Source: an uncultured Syntrophomonadaceae bacterium | GTDB lineage: Bacteria > Bacillota > Dethiobacteria > DTU022 | Direction of reading: 5' to 3' | Assembly: GCA_964506505.1 (NCBI GenBank) | Contig: CAZDKY010000047.1 | Coordinates: 721-64,720, forward strand | DNA length: 64,000 nucleotides | Shown: positions 47,061-57,763 of the stretch, piece after piece | Layout of the letters: each line of letters begins with the position of its first letter | Position numbering within the stretch: position 1 is the first letter of the stretch | Program-made: the position numbers and the translations under genes | Notes under the pieces: generated by a model | What the model was told of the DNA's origin: nothing | Database searches by the model: none | The model's input: only the letters and a program-made list of their open reading frames with translations

Positions 47061-47127
47061 TGACTTATCGCCTCCCGGAATTTTCCCTTCAGCCGGTTAA
47101 ACAAAACTTATACAAATATTATTTTAT

Positions 47128-49338
47128 TCAATGCTGACCATCATCAAGAACTACCAGGGCGTCGGCAACGATCGGTTTACCGCCGGCTATGATTATGGGA
47201 TTCAAATCGATTTCAGCGATTTCAGGATGCAGCAAAGCGATGTTGCCAAGCGCCTGCAGGATACCGCTCAAGGCTATCCGGTCGGCGGCCGGAAACCCGC
47301 GCTGTTCCTTCAGCAGGCCGGCGGACCGGATGTCATCAAGCATCGCTTCGGCTTCGCCGCCGCTCAGGGGGGCAAGACGGAAGGTCCGATCGGCCAGGGC
47401 TTCGGCAAAGATGCCCCCTGCTCCAAAGAGTACGGCAGGACCAAAATTTTCTGCCCGGAAGATGCCGGCCATCACTTCCCGCTCCCCGGCTACCATTTTC
47501 GATACTAAAACGGCGATATCCTCTCCTGCCGCTTCCCTGATCGATCTGCAGGCGCGGCGCACCGCTTCTTCGTCAGCCAGGTCAAGCTGAATCAGGCCCC
47601 GCCCCGTCTTGTGGGCGATGGCCGGTGAAAGGCCCTTCAGAACAACGGGAAAGCCGATTTCCGCGGCGACAGCCGCCGCTTCGTCCTCCGTGCGTGCCGG
47701 AGCCTCACTGCTCACGGGCACGCCGTAAGCGGCCAGGATCTGCTTCGAGCTGTACTCATCGACGGTTATCCTTTCGTCTGAATTACTCTCGATCTTTACG
47801 TCCTTCCCTTCTACCCCGTTGAGCTCCAGCGCTTTCCTGATAATCCCTGCCGCCCGGTCGGAGCAGGAGGGCAGCTGCGGTTCCCGGTATGGCGGCTGCC
47901 GGCGGACCATGCTGTAGCGGTAAAGGGCCAGCATGCCTCGGGCTGCTTTTTCGGGACCGTCGAAAACGGGCATGTTATGGTCCTGGAAGAGGGCTGTACA
48001 CTTGTCCTCGCGTCCGAAAAAGGATGACAGCAGGAAGGGAATACCGAGGTTCTGCGGAACTTCGGTAAGGCCGGGCACCACGCTGCTGAACTGACTGATA
48101 AATTCTTCCTCGCTGGCAAAACCAAAAATTTCCCTGGCATGTGGAAAGAGGGCTTTCATGAAACCGCTGCTCATCACTCCGTGAGCGATGATGCCGTCCA
48201 CTTCACCGCTTCTGGCGATCATCTCAGGCAACATCTTACCGAGAAGACTGGCGTCCATATGAAAGGTAAGGTCGACAGGATTGGCAGCGGACCCCTGCGG
48301 CTGAATATGCTTTTTTATTTCCTGCTGCAAATCAGCGGAAAACAGGGGCACGTCGAGGCCGCCCCTGCTGCAGGTGTGAGCTACAGCGGTGCTCGGACCG
48401 CCCGAGTTGGTCAGCACCCCGATGCGGCGCCCCCGCAGCGGCGGCTGGGTAGCCAGAGACCAGCCCTGGTAGTAAAGATCCTCCAAACTGTCGACTCGCA
48501 GCACGCCGGCCTGCTTAAAGAGTCCGTCAATCAGGTAGTCGGGGCTGGCCAGGGCCCCGGTGTGGCTGGAACCGGCCCGCGCCCCGGCGTCCGTCCCGCC
48601 CACGTACTGGGCCACCACCGGCTTACGGGCGGTGACCTGTCGGGCCACTGCCAGGAAGCGGGCGGCATCCCTGATTCCTTCTATATATAAGGCAATCGCT
48701 TTAGTCTGCTCATCTTCGCCGAGGTATTCCAGGGCGTCGATCATATTGATGTCGCTTTCGTTGCCGACGCTTATTGCCTTGCTGAAGTGAATGCCCCGGT
48801 CGGCCAGGTAAGGCAGGGTTTGGGTTACGTAAGTGCCGCTCTGGGAAGCCATGCCCAGGCTGCCCTTTTTGCCGGCAAAGGGCAGCAGGGTAACATTGAG
48901 CGATAATGCACTGTTGATTACCCCGATGCAGTTGGGGCCGAGAAAGCGCATGTCGTAGCGCCGGGCTGTTTGGAGAAGCTTTTCTTCCAGCTTCTTCCCG
49001 GCGGAGCCGGTTTCCCGGAATCCCCCGGAAATAATAATTGCTCTCTTCGTCCCTATCTCGCCAAATTCTTCCAGTACAGGGATTAAACTAGCCGCCGGCA
49101 TAACGAACATGACCAGATCGGGTGTTTCAGGCAACTCCGCAGCCGACCGGTAGGCTTTGAAGCCGAAAACTTCTTCCTCAGTAGGATGAACTGGGTAAAA
49201 CTTTCCCCGGTAACCATCTTTGATAATGCTCAGAGCCTGTATGGCCCCCATTTTCAAAGGATTGTTACCAGCTCCGACTGTGGCAATAGAACGGGGATTC
49301 ATCAGCGCATGCAATGGATTTTGGGGCAAGAAGGCCAC
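47128..49338 (-). CDS. acetyl-CoA synthetase (ADP-forming), fused alpha/beta form (NDP-forming acyl-CoA synthetase)
   Basis: CoA-binding domain, succinyl-CoA-synthetase-like flavodoxin domain and ATP-grasp domain in a single 736-aa chain; no GNAT tail. Confidence 0.85.
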   Translation of the reverse strand: MAFLPQNPLHALMNPRSIATVGAGNNPLKMGAIQALSIIKDGYRGKFYPVHPTEEEVFGFKAYRSAAELPETPDLVMFVMPAASLIPVLEEFGEIGTKRAIIISGGFRETGSAGKKLEEKLLQTARRYDMRFLGPNCIGVINSALSLNVTLLPFAGKKGSLGMASQSGTYVTQTLPYLADRGIHFSKAISVGNESDINMIDALEYLGEDEQTKAIALYIEGIRDAARFLAVARQVTARKPVVAQYVGGTDAGARAGSSHTGALASPDYLIDGLFKQAGVLRVDSLEDLYYQGWSLATQPPLRGRRIGVLTNSGGPSTAVAHTCSRGGLDVPLFSADLQQEIKKHIQPQGSAANPVDLTFHMDASLLGKMLPEMIARSGEVDGIIAHGVMSSGFMKALFPHAREIFGFASEEEFISQFSSVVPGLTEVPQNLGIPFLLSSFFGREDKCTALFQDHNMPVFDGPEKAARGMLALYRYSMVRRQPPYREPQLPSCSDRAAGIIRKALELNGVEGKDVKIESNSDERITVDEYSSKQILAAYGVPVSSEAPARTEDEAAAVAAEIGFPVVLKGLSPAIAHKTGRGLIQLDLADEEAVRRACRSIREAAGEDIAVLVSKMVAGEREVMAGIFRAENFGPAVLFGAGGIFAEALADRTFRLAPLSGGEAEAMLDDIRSAGLLKEQRGFPAADRIALSGILQALGNIALLHPEIAEIDLNPIIIAGGKPIVADALVVLDDGQH

Positions 49339-49429
49339 CTCCCTGTTAAAAAATTCAAGACAATTGAATTAATTCCTGCCAAATTGGTATTTTGTTATGA
49401 AATCCTCAGCGCCTGGGTTCCGCTCGGAT

Positions 49430-50350
49430 TCACCGGGGCGGCACGGTCGGTTTTCCCCCGGGGCCGGTACAGCGGGCACGGCCCATGATTACGACAGCCA
49501 GGCCGGCCAGAACAAGGGCTGCCCCGGGGAAAAAGAAGGGTTCCGGCTGCTCCCTGAAAATGAGCCAGGCCAGAACGGCAGCTCCGATGGGCTCACCGAG
49601 GAAAAGCAGGGATACGAGAGTAGCACTGTAGCGGTTGAGAGCCCAGTTGAAAATACTGTGGCCAAAAATAGTGGGGATAACGGCAAGGGCGGCAAAGAGC
49701 AGATAATCGGTGCAGGGGTAAGGATAAAAGGGAATCCCACCAAGCAAAGCCCCGGCAGTCAGCATCAGGGCAGCAGTGCCGTAGACAATCACCGTGTAAG
49801 AAAGGGTCGATATCATTGGGCGGAGAGCCCGACCTACCAGCAGGTAGCCAGCCATCATCACTGCCCCGGTCAGAGCCATAAAATCACCGGGTAGTCCACC
49901 GTAAGCCAGGCGGAAACCACCGCCGCTGATCATAACAATTCCGGCCAAAGCAACCAGGGAACCGAAAAAGGCAGCGGGTGATATTTTTTCACCAAAGAAC
50001 AGCCTTGAGGCAATGAGGACAAAGATTGGGTGAGTGGAAACAAAGAGAACGGAATGGGCTACCGTGGTCAGCTGCAGGGAGGCAATCCAATAGTAAAAAT
50101 GACCGGCTAGAAATAGACCGCCGATGAAGGCCAGGAGGATCTCAACTCTTCCTAAGCGCCTTAATTCCCTTTTTTTAAAGACAATGGCCGGAGGAAGAAT
50201 AATCAGGGTAGCAATGATCAACCGGCCTGCGGCGATAATCAGGGCCGGGGCAGTAGCCAGGCGGACAAATATAGCGCTGAAGGACACGGTTACAACAGCT
50301 GCAGCCAGAACTGCCGCCGCGCGGGCTGAAAACCGATCACTGCCGGTCAT
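49430..50350 (-). CDS. DMT-superfamily (EamA) transporter
   Basis: Ten predicted transmembrane segments organised as two EamA repeats. Confidence 0.8.
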   Translation of the reverse strand: MTGSDRFSARAAAVLAAAVVTVSFSAIFVRLATAPALIIAAGRLIIATLIILPPAIVFKKRELRRLGRVEILLAFIGGLFLAGHFYYWIASLQLTTVAHSVLFVSTHPIFVLIASRLFFGEKISPAAFFGSLVALAGIVMISGGGFRLAYGGLPGDFMALTGAVMMAGYLLVGRALRPMISTLSYTVIVYGTAALMLTAGALLGGIPFYPYPCTDYLLFAALAVIPTIFGHSIFNWALNRYSATLVSLLFLGEPIGAAVLAWLIFREQPEPFFFPGAALVLAGLAVVIMGRARCTGPGGKPTVPPR

Positions 50351-50715
50351 GATCTTGACACCACTTTCACGATCTGTCCCGCCTCCTCTTTCTGCTCTTT
50401 ATTCGCCTGCCTTTTATCCTTCCCTGCCTGCACCTTTGATAAATTTTTCGGTCATCAGTTAAGCAATACAGGTAACATACTGAATGTAATTATTTTTCGG
50501 CATTTAAAGATCCCTCTCCCAATGTTATTGTATATAATGATCAGTGAAAGGTCGTGTTATCCAGGAACCATTGTAACCCATTTTTTTCTTTGGGTTTCAG
50601 GAAAAATGAGAAAACCCTTTCAATTTTAACAGTCAAGATGGATAAGCGTGATAATAAAACAGCCTGTCCATGGATGCATTCCGGTCATGAAAGGGTAGTC
50701 CGCAGGGGGTGCAAA

Positions 50716-51924
50716 ATGAATTTCAACGAGATCCTTGATACGGTAACAAACAAGGAGGTCTATGAACTGACGACCAATCTGGTGAATATTCCCAGCTACA
50801 CGGGCCTGATTAACCAGGAGCTGGCAGTAGCCCGCTACATCAAAGAGTTTTTTGAATCCGAAAACATCGAGGTCTTTTTTCAAGACCCGCTGCCGAACAG
50901 GCCCAATGTAATTGCCGTAATCAGGGGCTGCGGCAAAGGAAAGTCGCTGATGCTGAGCGGCCATCTTGATACGGTGCCACCTTACAATATGACCGAAGAT
51001 CCTTTCTCGGGAAAGATCGAAGGGGGAAAACTTTATGGCAGGGGCAGCTGCGATATGAAAGGGGCCCTGGCCTGCATGATGACGGCCATGGCAGCCCTGC
51101 GGCGAAGCGGGACGAGGCTGGCCGGTGATCTTATTTTCGCCGGTGTAATCAACGAGGAACAGCAGAGTGAAGGTACCGAATACATTGTGCGGAACGGGCC
51201 GGGTGCCGATGCAGCCATCGTTGGCGAGCCGACAGGCATGGATATCGCTGCCGGACACCGCGGTCTGGAATGGATAGACATTACCGTGATCGGAAAAACC
51301 ACGCATGGCGGAACTCCCACCGAAGGTGTCAACGCTATTTCCAAGGCGGCCGAACTGATTTACAAAATCGAGACTGAATTGATCCCTAAATTCAAAAATC
51401 GCCGACACCCATTGATAGGCGAGCCGCTTCTCAATTTCGGGGTGATCAAGGGCGGCGACCAACCCAGCAGTGTGGCTGGGTTCTGCCGGATTTCAATCGA
51501 CCGGCGCTGGCCCCCGCTGGAAACATTTAGCGGGATCATGGAGGAACTTGAAGAAATCATCGGGGAGCTGCGAAGTGAAGATCCCAATTTCCGGGCCGAG
51601 GTCAAACGCTACTTCGAGGGCTCTGATATGATGTTGCACAAACCGCTGGAAATAGACCTTAATCACCCGTTAGTTGAAACGCTGCAAAAAACCCTGCGGA
51701 TCACAGGCCAGAAAGAACCGCAAATTGTTTCTTTCCCGGCCTGGACCGACGCTTCTCTGCTAAGCAATTACGCAGGCATTCCCAGCGTAGTCTGCGGCCC
51801 CGGGTTCCTGAAAGACGCCCACACCGAAAACGAGCACGTCCATCTCAGCCAGCTGGAAGAAGGATACAGAGCTTACACTTTGGGTGCTCTCGATTTCTGT
51901 GGAATGGAAGAAAACATTGACTGA
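50716..51924 (+). CDS. M20-family metallopeptidase (ArgE/DapE-like deacylase)
   Basis: GHLDTVPP metal-site motif with an M20 dimerisation domain. Start set at the ATG at 50716 (MNFNEILD), since the track ORF adds an implausible 54-aa leader. Confidence 0.85.
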   Translation: MNFNEILDTVTNKEVYELTTNLVNIPSYTGLINQELAVARYIKEFFESENIEVFFQDPLPNRPNVIAVIRGCGKGKSLMLSGHLDTVPPYNMTEDPFSGKIEGGKLYGRGSCDMKGALACMMTAMAALRRSGTRLAGDLIFAGVINEEQQSEGTEYIVRNGPGADAAIVGEPTGMDIAAGHRGLEWIDITVIGKTTHGGTPTEGVNAISKAAELIYKIETELIPKFKNRRHPLIGEPLLNFGVIKGGDQPSSVAGFCRISIDRRWPPLETFSGIMEELEEIIGELRSEDPNFRAEVKRYFEGSDMMLHKPLEIDLNHPLVETLQKTLRITGQKEPQIVSFPAWTDASLLSNYAGIPSVVCGPGFLKDAHTENEHVHLSQLEEGYRAYTLGALDFCGMEENID

Positions 51925-52026
51925 AATGGTCACAAGGGGATTCATTTTTCCGTTCCGAAATATGCGTCATCGGGATATACGCAATTAAAAGGTCATTACG
52001 CGACAGCCAGGAAACCAAACGGCTCT

Positions 52027-52073
52027 CCCGGCAGGGTATCTATTCTTCTTCGGCCGGCCTGCGGGTTTTTTTT
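52027..52073 (+). terminator. rho-independent terminator between convergent genes
   Basis: Stem CCCGGCAGG ... CCTGCGGG followed by T8. Confidence 0.5.
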
Positions 52074-53973
52074 AGCTGTTTTTCCCGGCTAAATCTTTCA
52101 TGGAAATGATCAGGTGGATAATCCCGCTTTCCCACTTGCGTTCATACTGCAGGCCCAGCTTTTCAATAAGGTGAAAAACAGCTGTATTATCAGGCAAAAT
52201 ATCGACAACGACATTATGAAGACCTTCGCTCTTGGCACTGGTGATCATGTGGGATAGCATTTCAAAACCGATACCCATTTTCTGGTAATCATCGCGCACC
52301 ACGACGGATACCTCGGCCGACATGGTATCTTCCATCAGGCAGTACTGAGCCATGCCCACCACTTTTTCCCGTCCTTCCTGCTCAATGATGGCCAGGATAA
52401 CCATCTCCCTGGTGTAATCGATGACTACATAATGCTTCTGCAGCTCTTCATGCGGGAGATAGCGCCGGACTGACATGAAGCGACGGTAGATACTTTCATC
52501 AGAAAGGGAATAGTGAAATTCCTTGATCAGCGGTTCGTCGCTGATTTTAACAGGCCGCAGCAAGATCCGCTGGTTGTGTTTGGTCGTGCGGTAGGTTTCG
52601 AGATAAGCGGGGTATTCACCTTTTTCACCGGGCAGATAAGCCTGATCCTCGTAAATTAGTTTCCTTTTCTTCGCTTCTTCAATCAGCCAGGGCTGGAATT
52701 GCGGATGAGCTATGGTGATCAGGGACATGGCCCGCTCGCGGATGTTTCTGCCGTGCAGGTGAGCAATGCCGTATTCGGTAACCACGTAATGAAGATCACC
52801 ACGGGTCATGGTCACCCCCGCACCCTCTGCCAGGGCAGGAACGATACGCGAGCTTTTACCGTCGCGGCTCGTCGATTGAAGGACAAGGATGTTTTTTCCC
52901 TTTGGAGCAAGCACAGCCCCGCGCATGAAATTGGCCTGTCCGCCAACGCCACTGTAAAAAGTGGAACCAATCGATTCAGCGGAAGCCTGCCCGCTCAAAT
53001 CAATTTCCAGGGCACTGTTTATAGCGGTCATATGGTCGTGGGCGGCAATGACCAGCGGGTTGTTGGTGTAATCGATTTCCCGGAAAAGGATGGCCGGATT
53101 GTCGTTTATGTAGTCGTAGGTTTCCCGCGAGCCCATGCAGAAGGAAGCCACCGTTTTACCGCGGTTACGCTCCTTGCGGCTGTTATCGACAGCGCCGCTT
53201 TTCAGCAGTTCCACCAGGCCGTCACTGAGCAACTCGGTATGAACTCCCAGGTTTTTTTTCTCGGACAGGGCGGCCACGGTAGCATTGAGCACTCCGCCGT
53301 AACCGATCTGAATGGTATCACCATCTTCCACGATCCTGGCCACATAATGGCCGATTTTTTCTGCTATTTTCTCTTCCACGAGCGGTGGGGGATACTCGAG
53401 CAGCGGCTCATCATGCCAGATGAGATGATCAATCTGCTCCACGTGGAGAAAGGTATTGCCGTGCACCCTCGGCATGTTTGCATTGATCTGAGCAATGACT
53501 GTATCGGCACTTTCGACTGCTGCCCTGGTTATATCCAGGCTTATCCCGAGGCTACAGTAACCGTGTTCATCTGGTGGTGAAACCTGAATTAGAGCTACAT
53601 CCACTGTCACCTGCCGCAGCCTGAAAAGGGAGGGAACATCGGAGAGTAAAATGGGTGTGTAATCCGCATCGCCACTGTTAACAGCCTGCCTCGTGTGTCG
53701 GCTGATAAAGAAAGAGTTCTGGCGAAAATTGCTCTTCAATTTGGCATCGCTGTACGGAGCCACACCGAGGGACCAGACATGGAGAATCTCGGTGTCAAAA
53801 AAAGCCTTGGGGTTTGATTCTACATACCGGACCAGCGTATTAACCAGGTACTGCGGTTCCCCGCAACCGGTGGAGATAAAAATGCGGTCGCCGGCCTTGA
53901 TCTTGCCAAATATGTCATCAGATGAAGCAACTTTTTGCGGGTATCTTTTCTTCAGTTCATCAGCTGTAAGCAC
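52072..53973 (-). CDS. acetyl-CoA hydrolase/transferase-family protein fused to a C-terminal GNAT acetyltransferase domain
   Basis: N-terminal ~430 aa has the AcetylCoA_hydro/CoA-transferase fold (GIGGVLNA..., GSRETYDYINDNP). C-terminal ~190 aa is GNAT (QKMGIGFEML...). One 633-aa ORF. Confidence 0.8.
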   Translation of the reverse strand: MLTADELKKRYPQKVASSDDIFGKIKAGDRIFISTGCGEPQYLVNTLVRYVESNPKAFFDTEILHVWSLGVAPYSDAKLKSNFRQNSFFISRHTRQAVNSGDADYTPILLSDVPSLFRLRQVTVDVALIQVSPPDEHGYCSLGISLDITRAAVESADTVIAQINANMPRVHGNTFLHVEQIDHLIWHDEPLLEYPPPLVEEKIAEKIGHYVARIVEDGDTIQIGYGGVLNATVAALSEKKNLGVHTELLSDGLVELLKSGAVDNSRKERNRGKTVASFCMGSRETYDYINDNPAILFREIDYTNNPLVIAAHDHMTAINSALEIDLSGQASAESIGSTFYSGVGGQANFMRGAVLAPKGKNILVLQSTSRDGKSSRIVPALAEGAGVTMTRGDLHYVVTEYGIAHLHGRNIRERAMSLITIAHPQFQPWLIEEAKKRKLIYEDQAYLPGEKGEYPAYLETYRTTKHNQRILLRPVKISDEPLIKEFHYSLSDESIYRRFMSVRRYLPHEELQKHYVVIDYTREMVILAIIEQEGREKVVGMAQYCLMEDTMSAEVSVVVRDDYQKMGIGFEMLSHMITSAKSEGLHNVVVDILPDNTAVFHLIEKLGLQYERKWESGIIHLIISMKDLAGKNS

Positions 53974-54152
53974 GGCTGATCACCTGCCTTCGCCTTATTT
54001 TATCAGCCGTATCGCCGGAAGGCAACTGCCCGGCATGCTCATACAGGCATGCACGTGGTCAGGCCTTGAAATATAACTTTTTAATGCGTGTGCGGGATCA
54101 GGCAGGGATAAGAGGCCCTGGAGCGAATTATAGATTGGAGGAGGGAAGGTAA

Positions 54153-54812
54153 ATGAAACTGTTTCTGGATACAGCCAATATTGATGAAATCAGGCAGGCC
54201 GCCGACTGGGGGGTAATCTGCGGGGTAACTACCAACCCCTCCCTGGCAGCGAAAGAAGAGGATGATTTTACGACCATCCTACCCTCTATCTGCGAGCTGG
54301 TTGACGGCCCCATCAGCGCAGAGGTCCTTTCGCTTGATGCGGAGGGAATGATCAGAGAAGCCCGCAAACTGGCCTCTGTTCATCCGAACGTGGTAATCAA
54401 GATTCCCATCACCCCTGAAGGAACCAAGGCAATCAAAGCTCTCTTCGCCGAAGGAATCCGGGTCAACACCACCCTTGTTTTCTCAGCCAACCAGGCTCTC
54501 CTGGCAGCACGGGCCGGGGCTGCCTTCGTCAGCCCCTTTATCGGAAGGCTTGACGATATAGGCCAAACCGGGGTCCACTTAATTAACGACATTGTCGAAA
54601 TTTTCGATCGGCATGGACTTGAAACAGAAGTAATTGCCGCCAGCATCCGCCACACCCAGCATGTCCCGGCTGTAGCCCTGGCTGGAGCACATATTGCCAC
54701 CCTGCCCTTCAAGGTTTTGCAACAGATGTACAGACACCCGCTGACGGACCGCGGGATCGATAACTTTTTAAATGACTGGAAGAAAGCGGAAGAAACAAGA
54801 GGTAAAAAATGA
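54153..54812 (+). CDS. tal: transaldolase / fructose-6-phosphate aldolase (short Tal family)
   Basis: Near-identical motif order to B. subtilis Tal ([10 protein letters not shown]..., VTTNPSL, catalytic KIP); 219 aa. Confidence 0.9.
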   Translation: MKLFLDTANIDEIRQAADWGVICGVTTNPSLAAKEEDDFTTILPSICELVDGPISAEVLSLDAEGMIREARKLASVHPNVVIKIPITPEGTKAIKALFAEGIRVNTTLVFSANQALLAARAGAAFVSPFIGRLDDIGQTGVHLINDIVEIFDRHGLETEVIAASIRHTQHVPAVALAGAHIATLPFKVLQQMYRHPLTDRGIDNFLNDWKKAEETRGKK

Positions 54813-54948
54813 TCAATGGTTCAAAACCGGCGGGAACAACGCTTTATTCAGCTCTATCCTTCTAATCATTTTATTTATTTTAGTCTTATCCGCCATCACT
54901 TCCATTCTTTTCTTTTCTCTTTCATTTTTTCCCAGCGCTGAGCCCAAA

Positions 54949-55019
54949 GTGGATCACTTTTTTCCTGGCGTTGGTGGATCAATATTTTTCTGGCGCGTGG
55001 ATCACTTTTTTCTTGACGA
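54949..55019. repeat. three tandem copies of a 22-bp unit GTGGATCAcTTTTTTCcTGGCG in the mscS 3' region
   Basis: Copies at about 54949, 54974 and 54998, preceded by a ~100-nt pyrimidine-rich tract on the + strand. The mscS 3' coding end is also internally repetitive (VNGENN x2). Confidence 0.65.
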
Positions 55020-55056
55020 TCGCAACTTTAACCTTCATCTTATTTATACTTATCGT

Positions 55057-56295
55057 CTATTCATTCCTGTCACCATTATTTTCACCATTCACCCTGTTAT
55101 TTTCACCATTCACCTCGTGCTTCCGGGGATCTTCCGCTACCGCCAGCCTGTTTTCAAAATAGACGCTCTGGCTGGGAAAGGCAACAGATACTCCCTCTTC
55201 TTCCAGTATGGCCAGAATCTTAAAGTTAATATCCTCTCTTACCGCCAGGTGATCACCCCACACGGTTGTCTTTGTAAAGAAGTAAATAAAAATATCGAGA
55301 CTGCTGTCGTTAAATTCATCAAAACGGGCAAAGATTGTTTCTGGATGAACCTCGGGATGTTTTTCAAGCATAGTCCTGATCCTGTCAATGCAGAGCTGCA
55401 GTTTCTGCCGCGGCGTATCGTAGGTAACCCCGAGATGGAAGGAAATACGCCGTTTCTGCATGCGGGTCCAGTTGGTGATCGGTTCGTTGGCCAGGCTGGC
55501 ATTGGGCACGGTAACCAGGGCATTGGCAAAGTTGCGTACCCTGGTGCTGCGAAAGCCCATCTCTTCGACCGTTCCCTCAATGCTGGGCGAGCTGATCCAG
55601 TGGCCCACCTCGAAGGGCTTGTCAAGGAGAATGATCACTCCGCCAAATATGTTGGCCACCGCATCCTTGGCTGCCAGGGCGACAGCCAGGCCGCCGAGGC
55701 CCAGGCCGGCAATAAATCCGTTGACATCGTAGTTCCACTCCTGGGCAATGATTACCGCGGCCATGGCAACAATGATAAACCGCAGCGCCTTGGTCGCAAA
55801 ACCGGCCACTGTTTGTTCTATACTCAATTTTTCACTGGCTTTATGATAGGCATCACCGCCAACCAGGTTATAAAAACCGGCGCCAATAAATACGATGAGC
55901 AAGGAACGGAAGATGCGGCCCATGACGGCATCGACTGCCGGTCCCAGGGGCAGAGAAAGAATGGCAATATAGAAGCCGATAACCAGGATCAGCTGCTTGA
56001 GCGGATTTTCGAATGCCAGCAGGATGGCTTTGTCAAGAGAAGTTTTGGTTTTCTCCGCCAGCCGTAAAACGATCCTGAAGATAACGCATGTAAACAGCCC
56101 CCTGATTAATAAAAACGCCAAAATAATTAATGCGGCGGTGCCCAGCTGCCACCAGATGTTTTCACGGGACATCACCGCCTGCCAGATCTGCCATATCGAT
56201 TCAGTCAAAAGCGGCACCTCCTCAGCATATGCGGGGTCAGGTCTTGAGATATCACTTTTTATAATTTTCCTGAGCAAAAATTGATAAGAGGCCAA
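55057..56295 (-). CDS. mscS: MscS-family mechanosensitive channel
   Basis: Transmembrane region followed by the conserved MscS beta domain (ANIFGGVIILLDKPFEVGHWI...GTVEE...TRVRNF); ends in TAG. Confidence 0.85.
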   Translation of the reverse strand: MASYQFLLRKIIKSDISRPDPAYAEEVPLLTESIWQIWQAVMSRENIWWQLGTAALIILAFLLIRGLFTCVIFRIVLRLAEKTKTSLDKAILLAFENPLKQLILVIGFYIAILSLPLGPAVDAVMGRIFRSLLIVFIGAGFYNLVGGDAYHKASEKLSIEQTVAGFATKALRFIIVAMAAVIIAQEWNYDVNGFIAGLGLGGLAVALAAKDAVANIFGGVIILLDKPFEVGHWISSPSIEGTVEEMGFRSTRVRNFANALVTVPNASLANEPITNWTRMQKRRISFHLGVTYDTPRQKLQLCIDRIRTMLEKHPEVHPETIFARFDEFNDSSLDIFIYFFTKTTVWGDHLAVREDINFKILAILEEEGVSVAFPSQSVYFENRLAVAEDPRKHEVNGENNRVNGENNGDRNE

Positions 56296-56592
56296 TTCCT
56301 ATTATAAAAACCTGTCTTCTCAGGTTTTTAAAAAGTGATATTTTCGATTATGCACAGGCAAAAACTGGCAAGTTTTACCCGACGCACTCAATGCCTGGCC
56401 ACATTTATTTTATTCATTCCATTTATTTCGTTATTCTGTTTCCATAAATACTTTCTCTGAACACACGGGGCAATCCTTTTTAACGGTTCTGCTTTTTCTC
56501 AGATAATCGTTTATAATAGATAGGGTAACGTTTTTGGGCTATATATTCAGTTTATGCTCTTAAGCAACATTATCCTCTTCCGGAGGCTGAAA

Positions 56593-57639
56593 ATGAAGTT
56601 CAACCGCTTAATATTAGTATTGATGACAGCAGTGGTTTTCTTTATCCTGTCCGGTTCTTTCTACTACTATAGCACCCTCGGCACGGTGGAAGTAATCACT
56701 CCCATCGAAGGAAACAGTGGAAAGGAACCTCTCTCTGCGACGAGGTCCGCGGGCTGCTTTATGCAGACAAAAGCCGATTTCGGCCTGACTAAAAAACTGG
56801 TCACCTACCCTGACAAACCGTCACCTGGAGATTTCCTGATCATTGAAGGGGGGCCTTTTGACAACCCGAAATATTTAATCTTCACTTTTGATTTCCCCGG
56901 CGCTCTATCGCGTCAGTATCAGGTAGGGAACCTGATCTACATCATTGTCGGAATAAGCTGTGATACCGAACCTGGTAACTACGAGATAGAGTTTAAAAAG
57001 GGCTGCGGGGAAGATCCGGCGGCGGGAGAAACAGTCCTTGCAAAAAATATCGAGATCGCCCCCAAAGAATTCGCCTTTTCCCGCTTCAGCATGCCGGCAG
57101 ACCGGACTGCCGGGTGGACGACAGCTCGTTTGGAGGAAGACCGGGAAAAAGTCCGCCAGGCCCGCGAAACAACGGAACCCCATCCCCTGTGGATGGATCC
57201 CTTCATTTCCCCCGTCGAAGGGCGGATAAGTTCCCAGTACGGCGCTATCAGGATTATCAATAACAACCCGCCGCGCCGGCATGTTGGGATTGATATCGCC
57301 GCCGATGAAGGCACCCCGGTGGTTTCTACAAACAGGGGCATAGTTAGGCTGGCCGAGTTTCTTCTCTCGGGAGGAAATACCGTAATTGTGGATCACGGGA
57401 TGGGGCTTTCAAGTTCTTATCTCCACCTGGATGAAATGGCCGTCGAACAAGGCCAATGGGTAGAATGTGGTGCCCTCGTCGGAACTTTAGGCATGACCGG
57501 TTATGCCACCGGTCCGCACCTGCACTGGGAAGTTAGCATTGGCCAGGATGCAGTCAACCCGGAACAGTTGATAGAGGGTGACCTTCTATGGGTTCCCCCG
57601 GCTTATGTAAGCAAAATAGTTTCCGAAAAAGTAAACTGA
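56593..57639 (+). CDS. M23-family metallopeptidase (LytM-like) with N-terminal transmembrane anchor
   Basis: HVGIDIAADEGTPV and HLHWEV zinc motifs; start at the ATG at 56593 (GGAGG 6 nt upstream). Confidence 0.85.
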   Translation: MKFNRLILVLMTAVVFFILSGSFYYYSTLGTVEVITPIEGNSGKEPLSATRSAGCFMQTKADFGLTKKLVTYPDKPSPGDFLIIEGGPFDNPKYLIFTFDFPGALSRQYQVGNLIYIIVGISCDTEPGNYEIEFKKGCGEDPAAGETVLAKNIEIAPKEFAFSRFSMPADRTAGWTTARLEEDREKVRQARETTEPHPLWMDPFISPVEGRISSQYGAIRIINNNPPRRHVGIDIAADEGTPVVSTNRGIVRLAEFLLSGGNTVIVDHGMGLSSSYLHLDEMAVEQGQWVECGALVGTLGMTGYATGPHLHWEVSIGQDAVNPEQLIEGDLLWVPPAYVSKIVSEKVN

Positions 57640-57763
57640 TAAAATTTTAATGACAAAACGGCAAATCGGGACAAAACTTCCTGCTTTTTCAAACAAAAAA
57701 CTTAGCAAACAGCAAAATTCGTGGTAAAATAAAAAAATCCAATCACAGAGAGTGGTGCAAATA

